DNA of 32,000 nucleotides from an uncultured Erysipelotrichaceae bacterium. GTDB taxonomy: Bacteria; Bacillota_I; Bacilli_A; Erysipelotrichales; Erysipelotrichaceae. This document shows positions 15,752 to 25,116 of the stretch, piece by piece (the stretch's first letter is position 1; every line of letters begins with the position of its first letter). The notes under the pieces are model-generated. The model ran no database searches, was not told the DNA's origin, and saw nothing but the letters and a program-made list of their open reading frames with translations. The DNA lies in the NCBI GenBank assembly GCA_942493105.1, contig OW818668.1, forward strand, positions 1,470,001-1,502,000, read 5' to 3'. The translations under genes were made by a program, and so were the position numbers.

Positions 15752-16969
15752 ATGGAATCACTTAAAGAACTTTATAAAGTAGGACCTGGACCTTCCAGTT
15801 CACATACCATTGCGCCTTGGAAAGCCGCACTTCTGTTTAAAGAGGCTTTTCCTGATGCGGTTTCTTATGATGCGGAACTCTACGGATCTTTATCATTGAC
15901 CGGAAAAGGGCATTTTACGGATCAAATCATCATCCAGACTTTTGCCCCAAAGATGTGTAAAGTCTATTTTCGTTTACATTGGGAACATCTTTATGAGAAT
16001 GGGTTGATATATAAAGCCTATGATGAACGCAATAACCTGATTGGATTATGGACGATTTTTTCATTAGGAGGCGGTAGCATTCGTGTCTTAGAACAAAATT
16101 TCGACTTTCAAAGAACGATTTATCCTTATCCAGATTGGGAAAGTGTTGCTAAAGACTGTAAATCGATGCACTTAAGTTTACCTGCATTGATTAAGTTTTA
16201 TGAACCGGATATTGAAGTTTATCTTGAAAAAATCTTGGAAACCATGTTGAAAACTGTAAAACGGGGCTTAGATAGAACAGGAACTTTACCTGGACTCTTA
16301 GAAATCAACCGCATCGCAAAATCCTTATATCTACAAGCAGAGAATCAAGATTCAGAAGCTTCACGCAATCGATTGAAAGTCTTGTCATATGCCTATGCCA
16401 ACAATGAAGAGAATGCCTCTGGAGGCATGGTCGTTACAGCGCCGACCTGTGGCGCTAGCGGTGTCTTAGCGGCACTTATGACCCATTATTACTATGATTT
16501 GGGTTATTCTAAACAAAAACTGGTCCAATCTTTGATGGTTGGTGGTATGTTTGGCAACATCGTTAAAATGAATGCGACCATATCTGGTGCCGTAGGTGGA
16601 TGTCAAGCTGAGATCGGAACAGCCTGTTCAATGGCAGCAGCTGCAACGGCTTATCTTCATGATCTTTCTTTAAAACAGATCGAGAACGCTGCAGAAATTG
16701 CCATGGAACATCATTTAGGTTTGACCTGTGATCCAGTAGGGGGTTATGTGATCATTCCCTGTATCGAACGTAATGGGGCTGCTGCCTTAAGAGCCATTGA
16801 TGCGGCATTTATGGCAGAACACTTAGGAACCATAAAAGACAACAAGATCTCTTTTGACATGGTCGTTAGAACCATGAACTATACCGGTAAGAAAATCGTA
16901 CTTGAACTTAGAGAAACAGCCTTAGGCGGACTCGCAACAGAACTTCGAATTGATACTAGACAAAAATAA
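15752..16969 (+). CDS. sdaA: L-serine ammonia-lyase (iron-sulfur-dependent L-serine dehydratase), single-chain form
   Basis: 405-aa ORF. The N-terminus reads LYKVGPGPSSSHTIAP, followed by TAPTCGASGV and GGCQAEIGTACSMAAA, typical of Fe-S serine dehydratases. It starts 1 nt after the holA stop. Confidence 0.88.
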   Translation: MESLKELYKVGPGPSSSHTIAPWKAALLFKEAFPDAVSYDAELYGSLSLTGKGHFTDQIIIQTFAPKMCKVYFRLHWEHLYENGLIYKAYDERNNLIGLWTIFSLGGGSIRVLEQNFDFQRTIYPYPDWESVAKDCKSMHLSLPALIKFYEPDIEVYLEKILETMLKTVKRGLDRTGTLPGLLEINRIAKSLYLQAENQDSEASRNRLKVLSYAYANNEENASGGMVVTAPTCGASGVLAALMTHYYYDLGYSKQKLVQSLMVGGMFGNIVKMNATISGAVGGCQAEIGTACSMAAAATAYLHDLSLKQIENAAEIAMEHHLGLTCDPVGGYVIIPCIERNGAAALRAIDAAFMAEHLGTIKDNKISFDMVVRTMNYTGKKIVLELRETALGGLATELRIDTRQK

Positions 16970-16990
16970 AACCAATCATCGATTGGTTTT
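16968..16990. terminator. Bidirectional intrinsic terminator between convergent sdaA and rpsT
   Basis: Stem AAAACCAATC (16968-16977) / GATTGGTTTT (16981-16990) with loop ATC, flanked by A and T runs. Confidence 0.8.
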
Positions 16991-16994
16991 ATTC

Positions 16995-17255
16995 TTATAA
17001 TGAATTGATTAAATTAGATAATCTTGCTTTTTGACGAGCGGCATAATTTTTATGATGAATACCGCTGCTTACGGCTTGATCCAATTTGGCGTTGACCAGA
17101 TCGTATGCGGCTTTTGCAGCTGCAGCGTCCTTGGCTTCTACGGCTTTCAAGACTTTCTTGATTGACGTTTTCAAAGCTGACTTTTCCGATGTAACAGCGG
17201 TGCTACGCTTCAAGTTGGTTAATGCGCGTTTCATTTGCGATTTAATTTGTGGCAT
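16995..17255 (-). CDS. rpsT: 30S ribosomal protein S20
   Basis: 86-aa basic ORF starting MPQIKSQMKRALTNLKRS..., with RBS AAAGGAGG. Confidence 0.93.
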   Translation of the reverse strand: MPQIKSQMKRALTNLKRSTAVTSEKSALKTSIKKVLKAVEAKDAAAAKAAYDLVNAKLDQAVSSGIHHKNYAARQKARLSNLINSL

Positions 17256-17282
17256 GCGAGCACCTCCTTTATGTGCTTACGA

Positions 17283-17311
17283 ATTATAGCAAATCAAATT
17301 GTTAAAATCAA
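17283..17311 (-). promoter_or_regulatory. rpsT promoter (TTGATT-17 nt-TATAAT with TG extension, minus strand)
   Basis: Reverse complement of 17306-17311 is TTGATT and of 17283-17288 is TATAAT, with exact 17-nt spacing. The -10 is preceded by TGc. Confidence 0.7.
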
Positions 17312-17331
17312 GAATTAAAAATATCAGTTCA

Positions 17332-17340
17332 TGATATAAT
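17332..17340 (+). promoter_or_regulatory. Candidate extended -10 promoter for the fmt operon (TGaTATAAT)
   Basis: TG at 17332-17333 and TATAAT at 17335-17340, with a weak -35. The element lies 30 nt upstream of fmt and its RBS AAAGGAGGG. Confidence 0.45.
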
Positions 17341-17369
17341 TTAAGCCGAATCAAAAAGGAGGGCCATAA

Positions 17370-18299
17370 ATGAAAAAAAGAGTGTTATTTATGGGTACGC
17401 CAGATTTTGCGGTATCGCTTCTTCAGGTGTTGATTGATGCCGACGTAGAAATCGTTGCGGTTGTATCACAACCTGACAAACCAGTTGGCAGAAAACAAGT
17501 CTTAATGCCTACTCCAGTAAAAAAACTGGCACTTGATCATAAACTTCCTGTTTATCAACCCATAAAAATCAAAGAATTGACCCAATTTATTGGTGATCTT
17601 GATTTAGATTTGATCGTGACTTGTGCTTATGGACAGTTTATTCCCATGGCGATATTAGAAGCACCACGTTGTGGCAGTGTCAATGTTCATGCGTCACTTT
17701 TGCCAAAATATCGAGGTGGAGCACCGATTCACAGAGCTTTGATCAATGGTGATCATGAATCTGGTGTTACATTAATGAGAATGGTCAAACAAATGGATGC
17801 CGGAGATATGTTAGCGAAGGTCAGCGTTCCCATCACAGAAAATGATGATGTTGGCTCACTTCATGATAAACTGAAGAGTGTAGGTGCTAAGCTTCTTAAA
17901 GAGAATTTAGATGCTTTATTAAACAATAAACTTGAAGGCATTGCTCAAGATGAAACACAGGTCAGCTTTGCCTACAACATCACACCTGAAGATGAATTTG
18001 TTTCATTTAAAAGAAATGTGACTGTGGTCTATGACCATATACGCGGTTTATCACCTTGGCCAGTTGGCTATGGATTGATCGAAGGCAAGAAATTGAAATT
18101 GATCAAAGCCTTTAAAATCATTGAAAAACATGAATTTACTTTAGGCCAATTTGTTGCCTATGAAAATGGCTTGAAAATTGCTTGTGAAGGTGGTTATGTC
18201 GTGGTTACGCAATGTCAAGCAGAAGGAAAGGAAAAAATGGAAGCGAGTGCGTTCTATAACGGACTGGGTAAAAGCCTTCTAAACAGGATCTTTGAATGA
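17370..18299 (+). CDS. fmt: Methionyl-tRNA formyltransferase
   Basis: 309-aa ORF with the motif VNVHASLLPKYRGGAPIHRA and an Fmt-type C-terminal domain. Confidence 0.93.
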   Translation: MKKRVLFMGTPDFAVSLLQVLIDADVEIVAVVSQPDKPVGRKQVLMPTPVKKLALDHKLPVYQPIKIKELTQFIGDLDLDLIVTCAYGQFIPMAILEAPRCGSVNVHASLLPKYRGGAPIHRALINGDHESGVTLMRMVKQMDAGDMLAKVSVPITENDDVGSLHDKLKSVGAKLLKENLDALLNNKLEGIAQDETQVSFAYNITPEDEFVSFKRNVTVVYDHIRGLSPWPVGYGLIEGKKLKLIKAFKIIEKHEFTLGQFVAYENGLKIACEGGYVVVTQCQAEGKEKMEASAFYNGLGKSLLNRIFE

Positions 18300-18781
18300 A
18301 AATAAAAACGATTGCCTTAATGGGCATCTTAACTGCTGGAAGTGCCTTATTGACCATTTATTTCATGGTGCCTTATGCCATTGGATACTTTAATTTAGGA
18401 GATGTTTTGGTTTTAAGTTTTGGAGTTGTCTTTACACCGATATTATCACTACTGGCTGGGATTGGTCCAATGATTGGGGATTATGCCTTAGGTTATGGTT
18501 TATTTGCCCCATTTACCTTGGTCATCAAAGGCCTAGAGGCTTTGATTGTTGCGCTATTGTATTGGAGACTACCTAAATCCATGAAGTGGGTGGCATTCTT
18601 ACTGGGAGGTCTCTTTATGGCCTTTGCGTATGGTTTTGCCTATGTCTTTACTGAAGGGGGACAGTGGGGCGTCTTCTTTACCTATTTCATCCCTGATTCG
18701 ATTCAAGGCATCGTCAGTGCAACGCTTGCTTTCTTATTGAGTCCGATATTGGTTAAACTTAAACAAGGAACTTTAAAATAA
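18296..18781 (+). CDS. ECF-transporter S-component-like membrane protein (FolT-like pattern)
   Basis: 161-aa ORF with about 5-6 TM helices. The segment NLGDVLVLSFGVVFTPILSLLAGIGPMIGDYALGYGLFAPFTLVIKGLEALIV resembles the ECF S-component (PF12822-type) architecture, judged from memory only. Its ATGA start overlaps the fmt stop, and lepA starts on the nucleotide after its stop. Confidence 0.55.
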   Translation: MKIKTIALMGILTAGSALLTIYFMVPYAIGYFNLGDVLVLSFGVVFTPILSLLAGIGPMIGDYALGYGLFAPFTLVIKGLEALIVALLYWRLPKSMKWVAFLLGGLFMAFAYGFAYVFTEGGQWGVFFTYFIPDSIQGIVSATLAFLLSPILVKLKQGTLK

Positions 18782-20581
18782 ATGGATCAAAAGCATATAC
18801 GAAATTTTTCAATCATCGCCCATATCGATCACGGTAAGTCAACTTTAGCTGACCGAATTTTAGAAATGACCAATTCGGTAGTGATGAGAGACATGGTCGA
18901 TCAAGTCTTAGATACGCTGGATCTTGAAAGAGAACGCGGGATCACCATCAAACTCAATGCGGTACAGCTGAACTATACGGCTCTTGATGGACAAGAATAT
19001 GTGTTTCATTTGATTGATACACCGGGACACGTTGATTTTACCTATGAAGTATCACGCTCTTTGGCAGCCTGTGAAGGTGCTATTTTAGTCGTAGATGCAG
19101 CTCAAGGTATAGAAGCACAAACTTTAGCCAATGTATATTTGGCACTCGATAATAACTTAGAAATATTGCCAGTCATCAATAAAATCGATTTGCCTTCAGC
19201 TCAACCTGAAGTGGTCAGACATGAAATCGAAAATACAATCGGACTGGATGCTTCTGAAGCACCTTTGATTTCAGCAAAGAATGGCATCAACATACGCGAT
19301 GTCTTAGAACAGATCGTTGTGAAAGTACCTGCACCAAAGGGTGATCCTAGTGCGCCTTTGAAAGCCTTGGTGTTTGATTCTATTTATGATTCTTATCGTG
19401 GTGTTATTTGTTATGTGAGAATCAAAGACGGATCGATAAAAATTGGCGATTCGATTACTTTTATGGCAACAGGTGCTAAATATCAAGTAACTGAATTAGG
19501 GATCCGTACACCTAAAGAAATCAAAACCGACAGTTTATATTGTGGAGAAGTCGGTTGGATCGCTGCCCAAGTCAAGTCCGTCAAAGATGTTCATGTTGGA
19601 GATACGATCACTTTAACGGATCGTCCAGCTTTAGTTGCACTACCTGGATATCGTACTTTAAATTCCATGGTGTTTTGTGGGCTTTATCCAGTCGATACCA
19701 ATCGATACAATGATTTACGCGATGCTTTAGAAAAACTGCAACTCAATGATGCAGCTTTAAAATATGACCCGGAAGCTTCTCAAGCTTTAGGGTTTGGGTT
19801 TAGATGCGGTTTCTTAGGTTTGCTTCATATGGATGTCATCCAAGAAAGATTGGAACGCGAATACAATCTGACTTTGATTGCCACAGCACCATCTGTTGTT
19901 TATCATGCCTATCTGACTGATGGTACTATGCAACTCATCGATAATCCGGCATTATTGCCTGATATTCAACGGATTGACCACATGGAAGAACCTTTCATCA
20001 AAGCCACCATCATGGCGCCTAAAGAATATGTAGGACCGATCATGGAGCTGTGTCAGAAAAAACGCGGGATCTACCAAGAAATGACCTACATCGATGAATC
20101 TCGAAATACCTTGATTTATCATTTGCCTTTAGGTGAAATCGTTTATGATTTCTTTGATAAGCTAAAATCAGCCACCAAAGGCTATGCTTCTTTTGATTAT
20201 GAACTGATTGGTTATCAAAGCAGTAAGTTGGTCAAGATGGATATCTTGATCAATGCAGAAACAGTAGATGCCTTATCCATCATCGTACACAAAGATTTTG
20301 CCTATGGACGCGGTAAAGTCATCGTTGAGAAATTAAAACAATTGATCCCAAGACAACAATTTGAAATTCCTGTTCAAGCTGCCATCAATCAAAAAATCAT
20401 TGCCCGCTCCGATATCAAAGCCTTGCGTAAAAACGTGTTGGCTAAATGTTATGGAGGGGACGTCAGTCGAAAGAAAAAACTGTTGGAGAAACAGAAAGAA
20501 GGCAAGAAACGCATGAAGAAAGTAGGCTCAGTCGATGTGCCCCAAGAAGCCTTCATGGCTGTTTTGTCGATGGAAGATTGA
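18782..20581 (+). CDS. lepA: Translation elongation factor 4 (LepA)
   Basis: 599-aa ORF with GTPase motifs [19 protein letters not shown] and NKIDL, and a LepA-specific C-terminal region. Confidence 0.95.
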   Translation: MDQKHIRNFSIIAHIDHGKSTLADRILEMTNSVVMRDMVDQVLDTLDLERERGITIKLNAVQLNYTALDGQEYVFHLIDTPGHVDFTYEVSRSLAACEGAILVVDAAQGIEAQTLANVYLALDNNLEILPVINKIDLPSAQPEVVRHEIENTIGLDASEAPLISAKNGINIRDVLEQIVVKVPAPKGDPSAPLKALVFDSIYDSYRGVICYVRIKDGSIKIGDSITFMATGAKYQVTELGIRTPKEIKTDSLYCGEVGWIAAQVKSVKDVHVGDTITLTDRPALVALPGYRTLNSMVFCGLYPVDTNRYNDLRDALEKLQLNDAALKYDPEASQALGFGFRCGFLGLLHMDVIQERLEREYNLTLIATAPSVVYHAYLTDGTMQLIDNPALLPDIQRIDHMEEPFIKATIMAPKEYVGPIMELCQKKRGIYQEMTYIDESRNTLIYHLPLGEIVYDFFDKLKSATKGYASFDYELIGYQSSKLVKMDILINAETVDALSIIVHKDFAYGRGKVIVEKLKQLIPRQQFEIPVQAAINQKIIARSDIKALRKNVLAKCYGGDVSRKKKLLEKQKEGKKRMKKVGSVDVPQEAFMAVLSMED

Positions 20582-20859
20582 TGAATGAACTGATAGATAA
20601 GATCCAAGAATTACGTATTGCCAAAGGCTGGGATAAAAGTGATACCCCAGAAATATTAGCTAAGTCGATCCTTGTTGAAGCGGCTGAACTTCTAGAGTGT
20701 TATACGAAAGAACCACAAGATCTGTCTGCCATAAAAAGTGAATTGGCAGATGTGTTGATGTATGTTTTATCTTTATGCAGAGATCTCGATTTAGATCCTG
20801 CAGAAGTTGTTTTAAGTAAGTTTGAGGATATCCATAAAAGATATCCGAATCAAATATGA
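20581..20859 (+). CDS. Small MazG-like nucleotide pyrophosphohydrolase (all-alpha NTP-PPase family)
   Basis: Frame of ORF 20446-20859, with the start moved to ATG 20581 (TGATG overlap with the lepA stop). The 92-aa product has the EAAELLE...ELADVLMYVLSL metal-binding pattern of MazG-type proteins. Its stop overlaps the hemW ATG (ATGA). Confidence 0.7.
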   Translation: MNELIDKIQELRIAKGWDKSDTPEILAKSILVEAAELLECYTKEPQDLSAIKSELADVLMYVLSLCRDLDLDPAEVVLSKFEDIHKRYPNQI

Positions 20860-21956
20860 CCAAAGCTTTATATGTGCATGTACCATTCTGTGATAAGATC
20901 TGTGCTTATTGTGATTTCGTAAGGGTATTATCACACCCTAAACTCATTAAAGATTATTTAAAGGCGCTAGATTCAGAGCTAAAAACATATCCTCATAATC
21001 AATTTGAGACCATTTATGTTGGAGGGGGAACGCCTTCTGCTTTAAGCACAGAAGACCTAACGACCTTATTTGAGATTCTAAAACCTGTTTCACATCAAGT
21101 CATAGAATATACGATGGAAGTCAATCCAGAGTCTTTGACCCTAGATAAAGTATTGGTTATGAAAGCCTATGGGATCAATCGTGTTTCTTTAGGGGTACAG
21201 ACCTTTGATGAGAAAGAACTTAAACTTCTGCATCGTTCTCATCATAAAGATGACATCTTAAAAGCCATGGATCTGTTGATCCAAAATGGGATCACCAACA
21301 TCTCCATTGATTTGATTTATGGTTTACCTCTACAAACTCTGGAAAGCTTTGAGTATTCCATCCACGAAGCCTTTAAATGCCCCATCACGCATCTTTCTTT
21401 ATATAGTTTAACCATAGAACCTAATTCTGAATTTGGTCGTCAGAAGGTTAAGAAAGTCTCTGATGAGATGGAAGAATTGATGTATTTTAAAGCCATTGAG
21501 CTTTTTAAAGCCAATGGGTTTCATCAATATGAGATCAGTAACTTTACTAAAAATCAACCCTCACGTCACAATATGACCTATTGGCACTATGAAGATTACA
21601 TCGGGATCGGTCCTGGAGCTGTATCGCTTTATCAAAATCAACGCATTGAGAACACAAAGAATCTTATGGAGTATTTTAAAGGAAACCATCACAGTGAAGT
21701 CATTGATTTATCAAAAGAAGATCAACGCTATGAATTCTTGATGATGGGATTAAGAATGAAAGACGGAATCTCTTTGAAAGCTTATGAAACTCGTTTTGAA
21801 GAGTCAATCTATGTTCATTATTGGAAACCCATCGAATCACTAATCAACAAAGGTTGGCTTGAGATCGATGGCGATCAACTTAAGGCTACTGAAAGTGGCT
21901 ATCCTTTATTAAATACGGTCTTAGGTGAACTATTAGACGAAACGACTTGCATTTGA
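20856..21956 (+). CDS. hemW: Radical SAM heme chaperone HemW (oxygen-independent coproporphyrinogen-III oxidase-like)
   Basis: 366-aa ORF with the radical-SAM cluster motif HVPFCDKICAYCDF, in the conserved position after lepA. Confidence 0.88.
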   Translation: MTKALYVHVPFCDKICAYCDFVRVLSHPKLIKDYLKALDSELKTYPHNQFETIYVGGGTPSALSTEDLTTLFEILKPVSHQVIEYTMEVNPESLTLDKVLVMKAYGINRVSLGVQTFDEKELKLLHRSHHKDDILKAMDLLIQNGITNISIDLIYGLPLQTLESFEYSIHEAFKCPITHLSLYSLTIEPNSEFGRQKVKKVSDEMEELMYFKAIELFKANGFHQYEISNFTKNQPSRHNMTYWHYEDYIGIGPGAVSLYQNQRIENTKNLMEYFKGNHHSEVIDLSKEDQRYEFLMMGLRMKDGISLKAYETRFEESIYVHYWKPIESLINKGWLEIDGDQLKATESGYPLLNTVLGELLDETTCI

Positions 21957-22059
21957 TTTAAGCATATGATACATTGATTACGCTTTTATTCTGGGTTTCA
22001 GGGTGCCTCGCCCTATTACGCGGATTAAAAGGTCACAACATAAAGGAGGACAAGAAAAC

Positions 22060-22326
22060 ATGTTATCAAAAGCTGAAAAGACAGCCATCATCAAAGATTA
22101 TGCCCGATTCGAAGGGGATACCGGTTCTGTTGAAGTACAGGTCGCCGTATTGACCGAGCAAATCAATCGTTTGACAGGCCATCTTAAAACCCACGTCAAG
22201 GATTTTCATTCAACACGTGGTTTGATGAAAATGGTAGGAACAAGACGTTCATTGATGAATTACCTTCGCAATGAAGATCTCGCTCGTTACCGCACATTAG
22301 TTCAACGTTTAGGCTTACGTAAATAA
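22060..22326 (+). CDS. rpsO: 30S ribosomal protein S15
   Basis: Frame of ORF 22003-22326, with the start moved to ATG 22060 (RBS AAAGGAGG at 22043-22050). The 88-aa product reads [51 protein letters not shown]. Confidence 0.93.
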   Translation: MLSKAEKTAIIKDYARFEGDTGSVEVQVAVLTEQINRLTGHLKTHVKDFHSTRGLMKMVGTRRSLMNYLRNEDLARYRTLVQRLGLRK

Positions 22327-22332
22327 GTGATT

Positions 22333-22358
22333 AAACACCGAGTGATCGGTGTTTTTTT
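22333..22358 (+). terminator. Intrinsic terminator after rpsO
   Basis: Stem AAACACCGA (22333-22341) / TCGGTGTTT (22346-22354) with loop GTGA, followed by a T-run to 22358. Confidence 0.8.
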
Positions 22359-22426
22359 AACTTTGATCATAAAGTTACATACAATAAGAATATAAATGAT
22401 AAAATTATGTATACAGGGGGTAATTT

Positions 22427-22777
22427 ATGGCCATCATGACATTTAGAGGTTCTCTGAGTCCTTCAGAAACAGTATCCGAAATCAAAAGAAGATTTCCAAG
22501 CACAGCATTGAGTTGTCAATTGGTGGATGAAGCCCATAAGATCATGGGTTCCACCACGGCTTCGCTTTTAGTCTATGAGAAATATTTCATGCGTGCTAAA
22601 AATCGAGTCAGTTTAAGTATTATGATCACTTCCGATATGGGAATTACCGATGTATTTGCGATAGGATCTGGGGGTGGTCAAGACCCTTTATTTAGCTTCA
22701 GTTGGGGTAGTGAAGAAGACTATGTCATTTCCTTTTCAAGGATCATCCAAGAGATTGGGTTTGATCAGATCGCATAA
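22427..22777 (+). CDS. Hypothetical 116-aa protein, possibly DUF6054-like (family assignment from memory only)
   Basis: A strong RBS AGGGGG lies 7 nt upstream of the ATG. The gene is bracketed by the rpsO terminator and its own terminator. I see no TM segment or signal peptide. The core reads YEKYFMRAKNRVSLSIMITS...AIGSGGGQDPLFSFSWGSEEDY. Confidence 0.6.
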   Translation: MAIMTFRGSLSPSETVSEIKRRFPSTALSCQLVDEAHKIMGSTTASLLVYEKYFMRAKNRVSLSIMITSDMGITDVFAIGSGGGQDPLFSFSWGSEEDYVISFSRIIQEIGFDQIA

Positions 22778-22787
22778 ATCGTTTTTC

Positions 22788-22821
22788 AAACAAGGCAATC
22801 TATTGGATGCCTTGTTTTATT
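22788..22821 (+). terminator. Intrinsic terminator after the 116-aa gene
   Basis: 10-bp stem AAACAAGGCA (22788-22797) / TGCCTTGTTT (22808-22817) with a 10-nt loop, followed by TTTTATTAT. Confidence 0.6.
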
Positions 22822-22871
22822 ATGTGAAAACTGATGCTTGTGGTATAATAAATCAGTTAAAGAGGTAAACA

Positions 22872-25049
22872 ATGGCAAAACAAGTATTTAAGATGGATTT
22901 CTGTGGAAGAAATCTGCAAGTCGAAACGGGAGAAATTGCCAAACAGGCTGGTGGATCAGTCTTAGTTCGTTATGAGGATACCGTCGTGCTCTCAGCAGCA
23001 ACGGCATCTAAAGTGACCAAGGACATTGACTTTTTCCCACTCACCGTCGGCTTTGAAGAGAAGTTGTATTCTGTAGGTAAGATTCCAGGAGGCTTCCTTC
23101 GCAGAGAAGGTCGTCCTACTGAACATGCGACCTTGGCAGGTCGTCTGATCGATCGTACCCTACGCCCTTTATTTGCGGATGGTTTCCGCAATGAAGTCCA
23201 GGTCGTTAACACGATCCTATCCGCAGACAATGACTGTTCACCAGATATGACAGCAATGTTTGGGGCATCTTTGTCTCTATGTGTCAGTGATGTTCCATTC
23301 AATGGACCAATTGCTGGTGTTGTGGTCGGTTATATCGATGGCATGTATGTCATCAATCCGACGTTATCAGAACTCGAAAAGTCCAGCATCAACCTAACGG
23401 TTGCCGGGACAAAACATGCCATCAACATGGTTGAAGCCGCTTCCAAAGAAGTGTCTGAAGAAATCATGCTCGAAGCCATGATGTTTGGTCACGAATACAT
23501 TAAACAGCTCTGTGATTTCCAAATCGAAATCGCAAAAGCAGCTGGTAAGTCTAAGATGGAAGTTAAACTCTATGCAGTGGATCCTGAACTGGAAATTGCT
23601 GTAAAAGCAGTTTGTGAAAAGGATTTGAGAGCAGCTGTGTCTATTCCTGAAAAATTAGTTCGTTATGGTACCATCGATGAAATCGAAGCTGCAACTTATA
23701 CTCTATTTGAAGCTAAGACCTATGAATCTGAAGCTGTAAAATTAAAAACCATCAAACAAGTCAAAGAAATTACCCATGCGATCGTCGCTGATGAAGTGCG
23801 TCGCTTGATCTCGATCGATAAGATCAGACCAGATGGACGTAAGATCAATGAATTGCGTGCTTTGAATTCACAAATCGATTTATTGCCTAGAGTGCATGGC
23901 TCAGCATTATTTACTCGCGGTGAAACCCAAGTTTTATCTGTATGTACATTAGGAGCATTGGGCGATAATCAAATCATCGATGATCTATCTGATGTCGACA
24001 ACAAGCGCTTTATGCATCATTATAATTTCCCGCCGTTCTCGGTTGGGGAAACAGGTCGTATGGGTACCCCAGGCCGTCGTGAGATTGGTCATGGCGCTTT
24101 AGGCGAGAAGGCTTTATTACAAGTTCTTCCGACTGAAGAAGAATTCCCATATGCCATTCGTTTGGTTGCTGAAACATTGGAATCCAATGGTTCATCATCC
24201 CAAGCTTCCATTTGTGCAGGAACCATGGCCTTAATGGCTGCTGGTGTTCCTATCAAAGCTGCAGTAGCTGGAATCGCAATGGGTTTGGTTACTTATGGTG
24301 AACATTACACAGTACTGACTGATATTCAAGGTATGGAAGATCATTTCGGCGATATGGACTTTAAAGTTGCTGGAACAAAAACAGGCATCACAGCCTTACA
24401 AATGGACATCAAAATCGATGGCTTAAACAAAGAAATCTTAAAAGAAGCCCTTGATCAAGCTAAGATCGGTCGTTTAGAAATCATGGAAAACATGACGGCT
24501 ACGATTGCTGAAGCACGTTCAAATGTGGGTACCTATGCGCCTAAGATTGCAAAACTCAAAATCGCACCGGATAAGATCCGTGATGTCATTGGAGCAGGAG
24601 GCAAGATCATCAATCAGATCATTGCTGATTGCGACAATGTCAAGATCGACATTGAAGATGATGGAACAGTCTTGATCTATCACAACAATCAAGCATCGAT
24701 CGATAAAGCCAGAGCCATCATTGAAGATTTGGTCAAATCAGCTAAAGTCGGTGAAGTCTATGAAGGCAAGATCGTTAGACTCGAAGCCTTTGGAGCCTTC
24801 GTTGAACTGTTCCCTGGAACAGATGGTTTACTCCATGTATCCAAGATCGATTATACCCGTGTTGAAAAACCAAGCGATGTCTTCAAATTAGGAGACAGAG
24901 TAAAGGTCATCGTCACTGAAATCGATGATAAAGGCCGTGTCAATGTATCCCGCAAGGATCTGATGCCTAAGCCTGAAGGTTACGTCGAAAAACCTGCGAC
25001 TGAAAGAAAACCGTTTGAGCATAAAAAACCTTTCGATAAGAAAAGATAA
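22872..25049 (+). CDS. pnp: Polyribonucleotide nucleotidyltransferase (PNPase)
   Basis: 725-aa ORF with two RNase PH-like domains, a KH domain ([15 protein letters not shown]) and an S1 domain ([21 protein letters not shown]). A candidate extended -10 TGgTATAAT lies upstream at 22841-22849. Confidence 0.95.
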   Translation: MAKQVFKMDFCGRNLQVETGEIAKQAGGSVLVRYEDTVVLSAATASKVTKDIDFFPLTVGFEEKLYSVGKIPGGFLRREGRPTEHATLAGRLIDRTLRPLFADGFRNEVQVVNTILSADNDCSPDMTAMFGASLSLCVSDVPFNGPIAGVVVGYIDGMYVINPTLSELEKSSINLTVAGTKHAINMVEAASKEVSEEIMLEAMMFGHEYIKQLCDFQIEIAKAAGKSKMEVKLYAVDPELEIAVKAVCEKDLRAAVSIPEKLVRYGTIDEIEAATYTLFEAKTYESEAVKLKTIKQVKEITHAIVADEVRRLISIDKIRPDGRKINELRALNSQIDLLPRVHGSALFTRGETQVLSVCTLGALGDNQIIDDLSDVDNKRFMHHYNFPPFSVGETGRMGTPGRREIGHGALGEKALLQVLPTEEEFPYAIRLVAETLESNGSSSQASICAGTMALMAAGVPIKAAVAGIAMGLVTYGEHYTVLTDIQGMEDHFGDMDFKVAGTKTGITALQMDIKIDGLNKEILKEALDQAKIGRLEIMENMTATIAEARSNVGTYAPKIAKLKIAPDKIRDVIGAGGKIINQIIADCDNVKIDIEDDGTVLIYHNNQASIDKARAIIEDLVKSAKVGEVYEGKIVRLEAFGAFVELFPGTDGLLHVSKIDYTRVEKPSDVFKLGDRVKVIVTEIDDKGRVNVSRKDLMPKPEGYVEKPATERKPFEHKKPFDKKR

Positions 25050-25054
25050 AACTT

Positions 25055-25091
25055 AATCCGGAGAAATCCGGATTCTTTATTGTCTTTTTTT
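25055..25091 (+). terminator. Probable terminator after pnp
   Basis: Stem AATCCGG (25055-25061) / CCGGATT (25068-25074), followed by CTTTATTGTCTTTTTTT. The T-run overlaps the -35 of the next promoter. Confidence 0.55.
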
Positions 25092-25107
25092 AGAAGGATG
25101 CTATACT
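25080..25107 (+). promoter_or_regulatory. Candidate promoter of the GntR/Etf/dehydrogenase operon (TTGTCT-16 nt-TGcTATACT)
   Basis: TTGTCT at 25080-25085, TG at 25099-25100 and TATACT at 25102-25107. Confidence 0.55.
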
Positions 25108-25116
25108 TTGAGCAAG

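Noticed and set aside
19209-19220. A 12-nt string AAGTGGTCAGAC in lepA, identical to the left part of the predicted GntR operator region (25114-25125)
   Set aside because: The lepA copy continues as GACAT rather than GACCA, so the palindrome is incomplete. It is also deep inside a coding region. This is most likely coincidence.
18296-20581. Possibility of an alternative genetic code (TGA read as Trp, as in Mollicutes)
   Set aside because: TGA terminates fmt, comEA, lepA and trmB at positions that give normal protein lengths, and the next gene starts right there. The standard bacterial code applies.
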